Assembly (NCBI RefSeq): GCF_964204645.1
Contig: NC_134025.1
Span: 496,001 to 560,000 of the forward strand
DNA: 64,000 bases
From: Tubulanus polymorphus
Taxonomy: Eukaryota; Animalia; Nemertea
Reading direction: 5' to 3'
How positions within the stretch are numbered: position 1 is the stretch's first letter; each line of letters begins with the position of its first letter. A program made the position numbers and the translations under genes. The notes beneath the pieces were generated by a model, which saw only the letters and a program-made list of their open reading frames with translations, searched no databases and was not told the origin of the DNA. Shown here piece after piece: positions 1 through 22,500 of this stretch.

Positions 1-91
1 CTGAGTTAAGATTTGACTCTGAGTTAACTCATCGAAAATGAACTAACTTTAACTCAGAGCTAACTCTTAACTCACAACTGTGGAACTGGCT
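1..91. mobile_element. Right end of a short MITE-like repeat (caactgtggaactgg family)
   Basis: Ends ctcacaactgtggaactgg; the same terminal motif (ccagttccacagtt / aactgtggaactggatcc) recurs near 17150-17385, 18000-18070, 21830-21920, 43585-43630, 53790-53950 and 58910-59290. Confidence 0.5.
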
Positions 92-266
92 CCTGATGTT
101 TTGAAAAAAATTATTCCAGTCAATTGATGGGTAGTCATCACATAAATTGGGATAGGAAAATTTTTTTGTCATGCAGAGCAGGTGATAATTAGAGGCAATC
201 AGTGGCAAGCGCGCGCGGTGTATTGTATTTTTTCTAAATGTTTTAATAGAAATGTCTTATTTAAAG

Positions 267-9824
<9,558 letters not shown>

Positions 9825-9967
9825 TAATACCCAACCCCCTTGCATCACAAATCCTGCATTTCTTCCAAAAATTTGAATTAGCATTTTATTCTGAATTTCA
9901 GAAGTTTATTTTGAATTGCATTTTTTTTCAAAGATCTCTTGTACAAAGAGCTATCAATATTTATTCA

Positions 9968-10162
9968 TTGATACTTATGTACTAGTCTCTATTACTTATG
10001 TACTAGTCTCTTGATACTCATGTACTGGTCTCTTGATACTCATGTACTGGTCTCTTGATACTCATGTACTGGTCTCTTGATACTCATGTAATGGTCTCTT
10101 GATACTTATGTACTGGTCTCTTGATACTTATGTACTAGTCTATTGATACTTATGTACTAGTC
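9968..10162 (+). repeat. 22-bp tandem repeat, about 9 copies, in the probable GluN1 3' UTR (ttgatactcatgtactggtctc)
   Basis: Lies between the stop at 9824 and AATAAA at 10401-10406. Confidence 0.88.
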
Positions 10163-10400
10163 CGTCTATTAAAACCTTATGCATGTGACGTTACAGCCCG
10201 TTATAATGACCATCAAGCGCAAGCAACAAACTTGAGTATAAGTCATGTTCTGTTGGACAATATGACATACTGTGAATAACGTGATGTAGTAATCTATATA
10301 TACCTGGTACTAGTCATTATAAACCTCTATACACACGTGTAAACAATGTATATAGATGTGATATTGTTCAAATGGGAAAGTTTTAGAAATGTTGATAATT

Positions 10401-10406
10401 AATAAA
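10401..10406 (+). terminator. Candidate polyadenylation signal of GluN1
   Basis: AATAAA followed by a T/GT-rich downstream element (ttgtttattttct). Confidence 0.45.
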
Positions 10407-10533
10407 TTATTATATAATTGATTTATTTGAGTTGTTTATTTTCTTGGTTCCTCTCGCAGCTGGAGAACAGTGCAGCCTCATTCAGGATTCGCTTCAGTTT
10501 AGAATGCAGCTCCTCACTGGAGTCCCCAGACCT

Positions 10534-11311
10534 GCCTCCCCTTCCCTCATTGATTGACTGCAGTACGAGTACTAGCCTCCCCTTCTCTCATTGACTGTCC
10601 GCAGTACGAGAACTAGCCTCCCCTTCCCTCATTGACTGTCCGCAGTACGAGAACTAGCCTCCCCTTCTCTCATTGACTGTCCGCAGTACGAGAACTAGCC
10701 TCCCCTTCCCTCATTGACTGTCCGCAGTACGAGAACTAGCCTCCTCTTCTCTCATTGACTGTCCGCAGTACGAGAACTAGCCTCCCCTTCCCTGATTGAC
10801 TGGCTGCAGTACGAGTACTAGCCTCCTCTTCTCTCATTGACTGTCTGCAGTACGAGTACTAGCCTCCTCTTCTCTCATTGACTGTCAGCAGTATGAGTAC
10901 TAGCCTCCCCTTCCCTCATTGACTGTCTGCAGTACGAGAACTAGCCTCCCCTTCTCTCATTGACTGTCTGCAGTACGAGTACTAGTCTCCCCTTCCCTCA
11001 TTGACTGGCTGCAGTACGAGTACTAGCCTCCCCTTCTCTCATTGACTGTCTGCAGTACGAGTACTAGCCTCCCCTTCCCTCATTGACTGGCTGCAGTACG
11101 AGTACTAGCCTCCTCTTCTCTCATTGACTGTCTGCAGTATGAGAACTAGCCTCCCCTTCTCTCATTGACTGTCTGCAGTACGAGTACTAGCCTCCCCTTC
11201 CCTCATTGACTGGATGCAGTACGAGTACTAGCCTCCTCTTCTCTCATTGACTGTCTGCAGTACGAGTACTAGCCTCCCCTTCTCTCATTGACTGTCTGCA
11301 GTTCGAGAACT
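10534..11311 (+). repeat. 41-bp minisatellite, about 19 copies (gcctccccttccctcattgactgtccgcagtacgagaacta)
   Basis: Fills most of the space between the convergent GluN1 and PDXK 3' ends. Confidence 0.95.
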
Positions 11312-11713
11312 CTTCCTAAAATAATGCCAATTTATAAGTTGCAAAACACGAAACAAAAAGATTTTATATAAGAACAAATATTAGATTGATATTTATTGAA
11401 TACTGAAATTAGTACAATGAAATGTATTAGATGGGTCTGTCATGATTGTAACCATTTATAAAATTAATCATTTTAAGTTAAAATATTTAAAATCTATCTT
11501 TAATAACGACTAAAAATCATATTTTCCACGTTTAACTGATGTGAAATTCTATTTTCTTATTTCGATTCTTATATAATTTTCATATTTGAATTCAATTGTG
11601 GATTTCCTAAATTACATTCTAATGACTATAAAGACCAGCTACACATTAATTATAATTAGCACCGATAGATTCCACTCGTAGCTAGCTGCCTATTACATAA
11701 ACGTATTCATGGT

Positions 11714-14256
11714 TCAACTGATTTGTTCCGCTTTAATAACAACATTCGGATTTTCTATATCACATTTGCTTTGAACGAGTTTCAATTCCAGATGACAAAC
11801 ATTTAATTGATTTCCAGCACCAGCTAGTTCTGAAATAAAATCAATAACATATCAATAACGCATTAAGATATGAGGGCAGTGAAGGGCTCATCTATAGTAG
11901 GGGGCAGTGAAGGGCTCATCTATAGTAGGGGGCAGTGAAGGGCTCATCTATAGTAGGGGGCAGTGAAGGGCTCATCTATAGTAGGGGACAGTGAAGGGCT
12001 CATCTATAGGAGGGCAGTGAAGGGCTCATCTGTAGTAGGGGGCAGTGAAGGGCTCATCTATAGTAGGGGGCAGTGAAGGGCTCATCTATAGTAGGGGGCA
12101 GTGAAGGGCTCATCTATAGTAGGGGCAGTGAAGGGCTCATCTATAGGAGGGCAGTGAAGGGCTCATCTATAGTAGGGGGCAGTGAAGGGCTCATCTATAG
12201 TAGGGGGCAGTGAAGGGCTCATCTATAGTAGGGGGCAGTGAAGGGCTCATCTATAGTAGGGGGCAGTGAAGGGCTCATCTATAGTAGGGGGCAGTGAAGG
12301 GCTCATCTATAGTAGGGGGCAGTGAAGGGCTCATCTATAGTAGGGGGCAGTGAAGGGCTCATCTATAGTAGGGGGCAGTGAAGGGCTCATCTATAGTAGG
12401 GGGCAGTGAAGAGTATGAAGGGTCACATACAACAAGTCTTAGTCTCTTGAAGGGAATAAATCAAATTTCATCCAAAGTAAAGAAAACTTACTTTGAGCTT
12501 CATTTAAAGTACGTTGTAGCGTAGCTTGCATAGTAGCAATTACTTTTTCGATGGAAGTTTTGAGATCATTTTCATGAAAATCCATCCACGCTAATAACAG
12601 CGCTGCGAATAGATCTCCAGTTCCAGTAAAATTCACTGGTAGTTGTGGTATATCCATTCTTATTTGATGCTGCTTTCCATCTGTAAAATGAATCGGTTTA
12701 ATATAAGACTTGATTCTACAGTTAGAATAAGTTTGTTTTTGTGATGTCTTAATCCAGGACTGATTATCAAATATGCAAATGAGATTACAAGGAGTAGGAG
12801 GAGCCTAATATGTAAATACATACCTAACATACAGCTACCTAACAGTAGTAACATATTACTGCAGCCTAATGCAGTACTACTTATAACTACAGTATTAATA
12901 CCCTTCTCATGGAAGTGTAAAATAGCCTTCTGCGCATCTTCTAAATCATTGATTTTTATTCCAGTCAGAAGTCTGCAGAAAAATATTAAACAATAGATGA
13001 AATCTCATTTCGAGAGTGATATATTATCAGAAATATGATTCAAATATCAAACTTACTCAGCTTCGAACTGATTTGGAACGATAATATCGGCTAGAGGTAG
13101 AACCTTCTCTTTATAGATCGGTAACAGAGTTTCAGGAACGTACTATAAATGAAAATCAATAATAAATGATTGAATGAAGAGATTATTCTTCATTCAATTA
13201 TTATTTTATACTGACCATTTTTCCATTGTCGCCCATCACTGGATCACAAACTGAAATCAAAATTATTTGATACGTTATTTTCAGAAAAGGAAGATATATG
13301 TCAATAAGATTTCTGTACGCGATCGAAGGTTGGCCCCTCGATAATTTACTTACCGTAAATGATATCTGGATTCTTTTGTTTGAGATCTATTACAACTTCA
13401 CAAATATTCTCAAGGAATGAAGGTGATCCTGTATATCCTGAATAAACAAATACAAGTGACATTTAATTTACATTCATAGTGTTTTTTGAGGAGAATTTCA
13501 TTAATAATGTTTTTTACCTGTTAGTAAATGTGAATAGTTATTGATACCGTTAGATTTCAATCCACTATATAAATCTGCTAATTCTGTATCATGCAGAATT
13601 TGACCCTTAATATGTTTATAACCTAAAAGTAAATGAAATGATAACAAATTGTAATGGAACAGCCCATATATCATATTCCAATGTTCTATCCTGGCTCTGA
13701 GTGGAGACTGGGAGGTAGTGGGTTTGAATCTCAGTCATTCGAGTAGGACACAATACCACTATGTAACATCGGAGTTTTCCTGACAGACCCAATGATCTAT
13801 CTAGGTAGTAAAAATAGGAACCAGGCGTTTCAGACCCTTTCTAGAGTCCTTCACTCATAACGACAAGACTAAAATAGTAGTCTCTTAGGTCATGAGACAG
13901 GCTCCGTATGAAAAATCAGGTTTTCGAATGGGGGGGGGGGGGGCAGGTACTCAGACTACTAGGAGGGCCCAGCAGAGGGGGCCGGCAGGTGGAGGGGTTG
14001 GTTTGGGGGAAGGTTGTTATAAGGCTAGTATCTAGCCGTTGTTCTCAAACAATGGGAACCGGTACATCTTTTGGTATTCAAACTAATTATAAAGGTGATT
14101 TATACCTGTATGGTTTGAGAACTGGACAGAATTTATGTTATCAACTTCAAATCCCAGAACTTGTAGCGGAAAAGTCGCACTTTTATTCCCCACATATCCA
14201 GATACGACATGACTCTGAATAGACAGAACTCTTCTTTCAACTTTCCTTTCTTCCAT
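11714..14256 (-). CDS. PDXK: Pyridoxal kinase
   Basis: 8 phase-consistent exons: 14106-14256, 13518-13622, 13354-13437, 13216-13250, 13057-13142, 12824-12972, 12492-12680, 11714-11829. Motifs [74 protein letters not shown]. Confidence 0.97.
11873..12411 (+). repeat. 28-bp G-rich minisatellite, about 19 copies (gggcagtgaagggctcatctatagtagg)
   Basis: Tandem units in the last PDXK intron. Confidence 0.96.
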
Positions 14257-14352
14257 TTCTCTCTGTTGCGGTTTGAAGGCCTTGTAATGAACTTGTAGAA
14301 CGCAATCTTCACTCTGTCGAAAATAACAAATTACGTAAATTACTTGGAAATT

Positions 14353-14360
14353 ACTTCCGG
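14353..14360. promoter_or_regulatory. ETS-type motif (ACTTCCGG) in the PDXK promoter / divergent PDXK-CYB5R4 region
   Basis: ACTTCCGG about 100 bp upstream of the PDXK ATG; a common metazoan housekeeping-promoter motif. Confidence 0.35.
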
Positions 14361-14952
14361 GTGACCGTCAGGTGCTGCCCTCTTCTGACCACCCTGAAAA
14401 TTAGAAATCATCTAAAATAATTGCATTTAAGGTCCTTACTGTATATCTGATTTAGTATAATTCATTTTGAAAATCTATTAAATTACCGACCAAAAAATAG
14501 TGTAGAGCAATAAGAGTAGAGCAATAACTAAAAGGCATAAATAAAATGAATTTAATGTTTGCGCGCGATTTAACGTCGGTGTGGAGTACATTTTCAATTC
14601 AATTAAATTTTATTTAGTCGTTTGTTTAATCTGTTTATTTAAAGACTTAAGAGAAGATTTAAGACTTATATCTAATGATTTTATTCGATGTAGTTATTCT
14701 TAATCATATGTGAGTGTTGATTGATTATCACAAAAAAGGAGCTGTTCCATATACAGAGAGAGAACAGACTAAAAAAACCGACTGACTGCTGCTTTTCTTC
14801 ATTCAAGTTCAACTTCTCCGACTTGCGCCGGTGATTCAAAAGGTAATTAGTCCAGCACTGTCTTTTTGACGTGGTTCTTTTCACATCTTGAGTGACTTTA
14901 AGTTTAGGTGTGCATAAATCCTGGTGTAGGTCAGCCATGCCACCAGCACCAG

Positions 14953-15170
14953 CGGGTAAAAGTGCAGATCCGCACCTCTCCGTGTAAACGGTTCAATCAA
15001 TTACATGAAATATCATTGTTTCAGATTCGAAATGTCATCAGCAATTCAGTACATAGCCATTGGCTAATTTTAACATATCTTCACTAGAGAGAGTAGAAAG
15101 ATTTTAGCCTGGATTCTGTCATTCAGCAGATCGCGTCAATCACGAGAGGTGCGGATCTGCACTTTTACCG
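14953..15170. mobile_element. MITE with perfect 26-bp inverted repeats and 6-bp flanking duplication
   Basis: ggtaaaagtgcagatccgcacctctc (14955-14980) versus its exact reverse complement (15144-15169); caccag on both flanks (14947-14952, 15171-15176). Confidence 0.7.
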
Positions 15171-16558
15171 CACCAGTGACTATCGTTACATTAAAAGATC
15201 CAACTGACCTAATCTGTGGGCGCGCAGTTGTCACAAGCGGCAGATTCTACTTTCATCTACTCACACAGTCACAACCACCGTGCACTGGCGCTGTATCGGT
15301 GACTGACAGAGACCTGTCGCGTACCGTCATTCCGATGTCTTAACCAGTTTCACCGACCGTGTTGTGATGCTACGCCTGCCCTCACGGTTACCTAGCCGTA
15401 CCAAGCCTTCCATCATAACTGTAATTGTTAATTTGACTGGTGCCACATATTAAGAACTAGATGACCTCAACTGCAGTTCTCATCAAAACGAGCTCTAGAT
15501 CTATTAGAAAATTTCAGGAAGGAGTCAAAAGGGCTGGTCTGGCTTTCTTAAAAATTTTCCCTAGAAATATTTGCAATGTTCATTTACAATCAGTTTCTAT
15601 AAATGATATAATTGATATAGTCTTAGAGATATTGAGGAATGTTTACAGTCAGTTTCCATGGTAACGGTATAATAACTACTGTTGACTCGTGTGTAGAATC
15701 TAATGACTTTGTTTTAAACTATTTATTATTGGAAGAGATTCCTCGATACCCGGATACCGGGATACCTGGATACCTGGATACCTGGATACAGAGAGAGAGA
15801 GAGATAGAGAGAGGGTTGATCAATGGGGAATGGTAATTATTATTGCATGCGATTTTTCTTAATCTAAATGTTATTGGGAGATGATTTGATTGAATAAGAT
15901 TGAAATCATGCAGCAGAACACCTTCTCTCCCTCCTCCCTCTCCCTCATCCCTCTCCCTCCTCCCTCTCCTTCCTCCATCCCCTTCCTCCATCCCCTTTCC
16001 CTCCTCCCTTTCCTTCCTCCCTCTCCCTCTCCCCTCTCTCTCCCTCCTCTCTCCATCTTTCCTCTCCCTCCCTATTCGTCCTCCATCTCCCTCTCCCTCC
16101 TATGTGTGCGAGAATGTTTGTAATCTATTTGTTGGATATCGTTTAGATTTAAGTCTTCAATGATGGCTTCAAAAAATATAGTTTGTTTTCTGTTGCGTTT
16201 TTTCACTATCACTGAAGAGAGAATGAAGTGAAGTGAGAAGTTTATTATTCACTGGCTAACTGTTAATCAACTATAGACCTTCTATTAATAAACAGTCAAT
16301 CGTTTTCGAGTTCTCTGTTTCATTGGTTTTTAGTCGATATTTGTTGATTTAATTCTGTATTTTCACTTTCAAGATTCAGTGAAATTTATGTTCTTCCCAA
16401 CTTTAACTTTAGATTTCGTTAGAATTGAATAGTCTATATTTCTGATTTGTGTCCATCCAATATGATAATATTTAAACAGTGTTTATTATTTGTGTTTTTC
16501 AGTTGTTGGTAAATTGAATTGTTCGTGTAATAGTTCAGAATCGACTCTAACCAATAAC

Positions 16559-19500
16559 ATGACTTCAAATAAAATGACTCAAAGTCTTTCACCTCCACAG
16601 ATGAATTTACTTCCCCCAACGACTGGTGAGTTCAGAGTCCAACTCGAAAATGAAATAAAGCAAGTTTTTAGATTCCTTTTTCTTTTTAAAAATAAAAAAA
16701 CTGATAGATTCATTAAATAGGAGAATGAGTAATGAATAAAAACGATGTTTGTAGGAAGTGCTACTGGAAATCCTAGAAATAAAGTACAATTAGCGCCGGG
16801 TCATTCGATGATGGACTGGATTCGTCTAGGGATGAAATCAGGGGCCTCTCTAAACGGTTGCAACGGTAGAAAGTTTACGGTAACTTCAGACGAATTATCG
16901 AAACATAATCACAGAACTGATGCTTGGACCTGTATCAATGGTACGCGACTTCGTTTTCCTCTAATAAATCTCTCATCTTCATTAGATCTCTAACTGGCAA
17001 TGTCTTAAACGTTGTAGGATATGTATATAATATAACTCCATATATGGAGTTTCATCCTGGTGGAGTTGATGAATTAATGAGAGCTGCAGGTACTGATGGA
17101 ACTGATCTATTCAATCAGGTAATTATCACACAGCAGTATTCAGCTACTTACCAGGATCCAGTTTCACAGGAACCAAATGAGTTAGAGTTAATTAGTTCAT
17201 TTTCAATGAGAAAATTCTGTAGACTCAAATCTTTACTCGCAACTGTGAAACTGGATCTGGGACAGTAGTTGAATACTGTCCAGTTCTCAAATCTTTACTC
17301 GCAACTGTGAAACTGGATCTGAGACAGTAGTTGAATACTGTCCAGTTCTCAAATCTTTACTCACAACTGTGAAATTGGATCCAGTATTTTATGCTAATCT
17401 CGATGTTTTTCTTCAATTTTCAGATTCACAAATGGGTGAACGCTGAATCAATGTTGAGTAAATGTTTAATAGGAAAAATTGAAAGTCGTAAGTGATGAAA
17501 TAATGAATATTAGCCCCACCCTTGTTCCACAGATCAGAGTTTAGGATTGACTCAGATTCAACTCATTGAAAATGAACTGAGATCAACTCACAGAGTTTAG
17601 TAACGTTTTGCAAGTGTTTCACTCTTTTATTTTGTTTTCAAGCGTCAGTGAAATCTCTGAAATCTTTTGATTCGAAGAAGTTGTGTAAGTACGCGGGAGC
17701 AGCCCTCGCATGCTTTGCTTTATTCAATTCCATGATCTTATCTTATTCAAATACATGTACCGGTATATATAATTTTTCCAGCTTTGCCTTTGCCTCTTCC
17801 ACCAAAATTCGGTCCAGATAAACCGAGGTTAGTACCTGATATGTCTGAAGTTTGTGTTGATGATTCTGTGTAGGGTCTGATGATTTTGATAATATCGATG
17901 TTTTCTTCTAGTGATTCATCAAATATAATGTTTGATATATTGTACGATACATTCAATGATTCTATTGGGTAAGAATGATTCTTAGCTTCACCTCAGAATC
18001 CAGTTCAAAATCAGTTCATTTTCACTGATTTAAGTAAAAAGTTAACACACAACTGTTGAACTGGATGCAGTTATTTAGTTATTATTGAGTTTATTGTCCA
18101 TGAAATCGATGTCTATTCATTTTCATTCTACATCCAGTCAATTTCCCATATGAATATTTCAGTACAGTTGTAGTTGTTCATTAGTTTTATCAATATTCAT
18201 TAATGACTATATGTATTGTAAGTGAATAGTGATTCTGCATCTTCATCTAGATTAATCTCGTTTTTACTGTTTGAGTTTGTTATTTTCTAAATATTTCGGC
18301 TAGATTTAGAAAGTATTTAGAACTCTTTTATTTTGATTCTGTGGTTAGTCTATATTTTTGAACATTCATGGATATTTTTCTCAAATATCAATGTAGTTTG
18401 GATCCAGATGAGAATATTTTATGGTTGATTTAGTAAAACAGTGATATAATTAATCCCTGTAGACTCGCCTGATAGATTCTCTTACTCCATTGTGATAATG
18501 ACCCATCCCTGCTGCTCAATCTGCTCCAACTCCCTCAAAAATTGTGTCATTCCTCAGAGAAAATGCAGTTATACGTAAAGCAAGTATCGATTCTACTTTA
18601 CTGATTTCTTCAATATTTTTCAGATTTGAATGGATTCAAAATGATCAAATAATTAGCGTCATCATCTACACTAAATACAAAAATATACGTCAAGACAACA
18701 TCACAATTATTAGAAATGATGGGAATTTGAAAGTTTCTATTTTAATGGATGATTATATTTACAATCTCATAATTAGTAAGTAGTATATTATTAAACTTAT
18801 TTGCCTCTAGTCCTGGCCCACTAGTTCAGATGTAATACTTCAAATGCCCTTATGAAATTCAGAATTGTGAGAAAAGACAAAATTGTGTTTTTTTTTAGAT
18901 CATAAATCTGGAAGATCTTTAAAAGTGTTTTAAATGCTTTTTGTGCAGGCTATTTTATGAATTAAACATGTACTCTAAAATTCTAGAATTCGTTTTTTAG
19001 AGTCCATGATTCAACTGACACTTACCACGCTGTATTTTCTTTTCTTAATAGACTTAGAAAAACCAGTGCAATCAAATTATGAAGGTAGGTATGTTTCGTT
19101 GAGCAGCACTGCTCATCTGTATCAATGGCTGTATTGTGTTTATTGGTTCTAGTTAAAGTTGGTAAAATGAGTGGTAAAGTGGAAATAATGTTGAATAAAG
19201 AAACAGCTGGAGAAAGATGGAACTCGGTCGGAGTTATTGAGAATGAGATATTTACTAAAACACAGGATACTGGTGAGATATCAGAGATTTCGTACCGTAA
19301 ATTCAGATCGATATATCAATCATTATGAGATTGAGATATTGTTGTATTGCAGCGATTGAGATTATTGTTTATGAGATTGAGATCTCTCTGTATTCCAGAG
19401 ATTGAGATAACATTGTACTTGTCAATATTGATAAATCATTATTTACGAGATTTTGTTACATTTTCAGAAATCTCATACTATGAATTGATATTGGATAAAG

Positions 19501-22500
19501 TTAGCGCTGTTACTCATGATACATATCTGTATAGTTTACTAGTACCAGATTGTAGTCAGATACGAGTTCCTATTGGATATCATGTATACATGAAAACTTT
19601 TAACAGAGGTGAGTTTCATTTATAGATAGATAGATGGCATCTACATCAATCAACCTGGCAATGAAAAATGAGATCATTATGTTATATTTTTGTACAGATA
19701 TCGAAATAATTCGTCCGTATACAGTAGTATTGCCTTCCATACTTCCCAGTGATCAGCCGTCTCACGATGAATGTGGAAAGAAGATATTTTTAATGATCAA
19801 AATCTACTCGGACGGAGCTTTAACTTCAACATTGAAAAATATAAATGAAGGTAAAGTTGATAGTATTATTGTAGCTTCGTACGTTTAATAGGGAACTGAT
19901 TCATGTAGGCACCAATCAGCCTGGACCCTGCACCCCCTCAGCCTGCACCCTTCATCCCAGACCCTCTGCCCTTCAGCCCGGACCTTGCACCCTCTCAGCC
20001 TTGACCCTGCACCCCCTCAGCCTGCACCCTCTCAGCATGCACCCTCTCAGCCTGCACCCTCTCAGCCTGCACCCCCTCAGCCTGCACCCTCTCAGCATGC
20101 ACTCTCTCAGCCTGCATCCTCTCAGCCTGCACCCCCTCAGCCTGCACCCTCTCAGCATGCACCCTCTCAGCATGCACCCTCTCAGCCTGCACCCTCTCAG
20201 CCTGCACCCCCTCAGCCTGCACCCCCTCAGCCTGCACCCTGAATTAATCTGAACTGTAGTTAAACTTATAGAAACTGTAAAAGATATTTTGTTTCTATGT
20301 AACGGTTATTCGATTGATAAATGTAATGTTTGTCATTAAGCTGTGACAGTCCGAGTGGTGTGGCAGCTCAGAGCTGTAACAGTCAGAGTGGTGTGTCTGC
20401 TCAGAGCTGTGACAGTCAGAGTGGTGTGTCTGCTCAGAGCTGTAACAGTCATTGTGGTGTGTCTGCTCAGAGCTGTAACAGTCATTGTGGTGTGTCTGCT
20501 CAGAGCTGTAACAGTCATTGTGGTGTGTCTGCTCAGAGCTGTAACAGTCATTGTGGTGTGTCTGCTCAGAGCTGTAACAGTCATTGTGGTGTGTCTGCTC
20601 AGAGCTGTAACAGTCATTGTGGTGTGTCTGCTCAGAGCTGTAACAGTCATTGTGGTGTGTCTGCTCAGAGCTGTAACAGTCATTGTGGTGTGTCTGCTCA
20701 GAGCTGTGACAGTCATTGTGGTGTGTCTGCTCAGAGCTGTAACAGTCAGAGTGGTGTGTCTGCTCAGAGCTGTAACAGTCAGAGTGGTGTGTCTGCTCAG
20801 AGCTGTAACAGTCAGAGTGGTGTGTCTGCTCAGAGCTGTAACAGTCATTGTGGTGTGTCTGCTCAGAGCTGTGACAGTCATTGTGGTGTGGTAGCTCAGA
20901 TAGATCGAGATAGATCGTCTGTAGTTTATTTCTCTGATTTCATTATCTCTGTGATTAATCTTCATCAGTCACAGTTTGACGTTTGTCATATTTATATCTC
21001 ACGCCACAAGACGATGAGCGATGCAGGTTCTCGTCTCTCTCTGCTGCTGCTATCAAATAAGTAAGATTAATGATGTCTTTATTCTCGTAATGAACACCAG
21101 CAGCGCCAGCTAGTGGCCAGCTGGGTGACCAAGCTGCTGTCCTTGACAAATACAACATCATCTTTATCTGTAATTGTCTTCAAATGCAGATTAATTAAAA
21201 GAATGATACAGCAGCTGCACCAGCAGTGTTGCAGCTGCTGCAGCTGCAAGTGGATTTCATAATAGCGACTAATATGTGACTATCTGTAGACATTGGTAGA
21301 AGTTAGCATTGAAACCATGGCAACATGGTCACAGACGACACGTGTAATAAATCATCGACGTGTTTTTGTTCTCGTAGCTGTTCAGGTTTATATCAGTTTG
21401 ACGCGCGTTAATTACCGATAAAACCGATCACTCGCTGCGAGCTCGCGCGCGTGCGTGTGCGTGCACTCTCAACCTGTAATAATCTAAAATCAATCAATAC
21501 TGTTCTTATTGACGATAATCACCTCAAGTGTCAAATTCTACGGCGTCACAAATTTGTATGAAAAAATATGATTGATAATGTTTAATTACCTTCATCAGAC
21601 ATAGAATTAGAATGTTTTATTCAAACGAAGAGGATTCTCTCAGATTTCATTTACAATCAAACTCAGAGCTGATTCTTACAACAAAATTTCAGTTTGACTT
21701 GAATAAAGTTGAAATTAGTTCGATTTTTCACTGTTTCAAATTCTTGCTTGAGAACTGTGGATCGATCCAGTTTGGTTCATAGATCTCGGTCAAGTTTGAA
21801 TCTTGAGTTCAAATTTCCACTTTTACCAGTAACTGTGGAACTGGATGCATTAACTGTGGAACTGAGTAACTGTGGAACAGTTTGCAGTAACTGTGGAACT
21901 GAGTAACTGTGGAACTGGTTGCTTGTATGTTTTGATGCAGTGACTGAGTGAGTATTGTGAGTAAACACTTAACCAATTTACAATCATTAAAATACGATCA
22001 ATCTGAATCAATTCAATCAGAAACTACACCAGTCTCTGATCAGTCTTTCAAATGTTACTTTCTACAGAAAACTCTTTACCAATTACAACATGTACCTAAC
22101 CAATTTGTTACTGATGTTTGACAGTAGCTGCTGCTGCTGGTGCTGGTGGAAAAAGTGCCGCAAAAAAATTGCCATCATATTTTCGCAAGGGCACAGAAGC
22201 ATTGCGACAGGAGCACACGTGTTCCTTATGCTTCTGTCTGTATCTACCCCTAAGAATGAGTAAGGAAGTAATTGAATATCTCAGACTGAAGATATTTATC
22301 TCTTCAAGTTAATATCGATTGTCTTATAATCTGTAACTAGAAATGGCTTTAAAATGATGCGTTATCTGTGATAGTCCTTTAATGTCACTTAACCTTCCTT
22401 CTAACTGTCCTCCCCTTCTCATCCCCCTCCCATCCCCATCCCTCTTATAGAGAAACTGATTTCCTATAATCATTGTGTCAACAGTATTTATTGATAGCAC

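Noticed and set aside
13690-13910. Possible tRNA or SINE (ggtttgaatctc B-box-like) in PDXK intron 1
   Set aside because: No cloverleaf, no clear A-box and no second copy in the window; too weak to call.
17747-17956. Antisense ORF containing [10 protein letters not shown], resembling CYB5R4 exon 11 DIEIIRPYT
   Set aside because: The match is limited to about 8 residues with no flanking similarity or splice context; a short six-frame coincidence is plausible.
19973-21064. Repetitive ORFs ([21 protein letters not shown])
   Set aside because: Products of 15-bp and 33-bp tandem repeats inside CYB5R4 intron 11.
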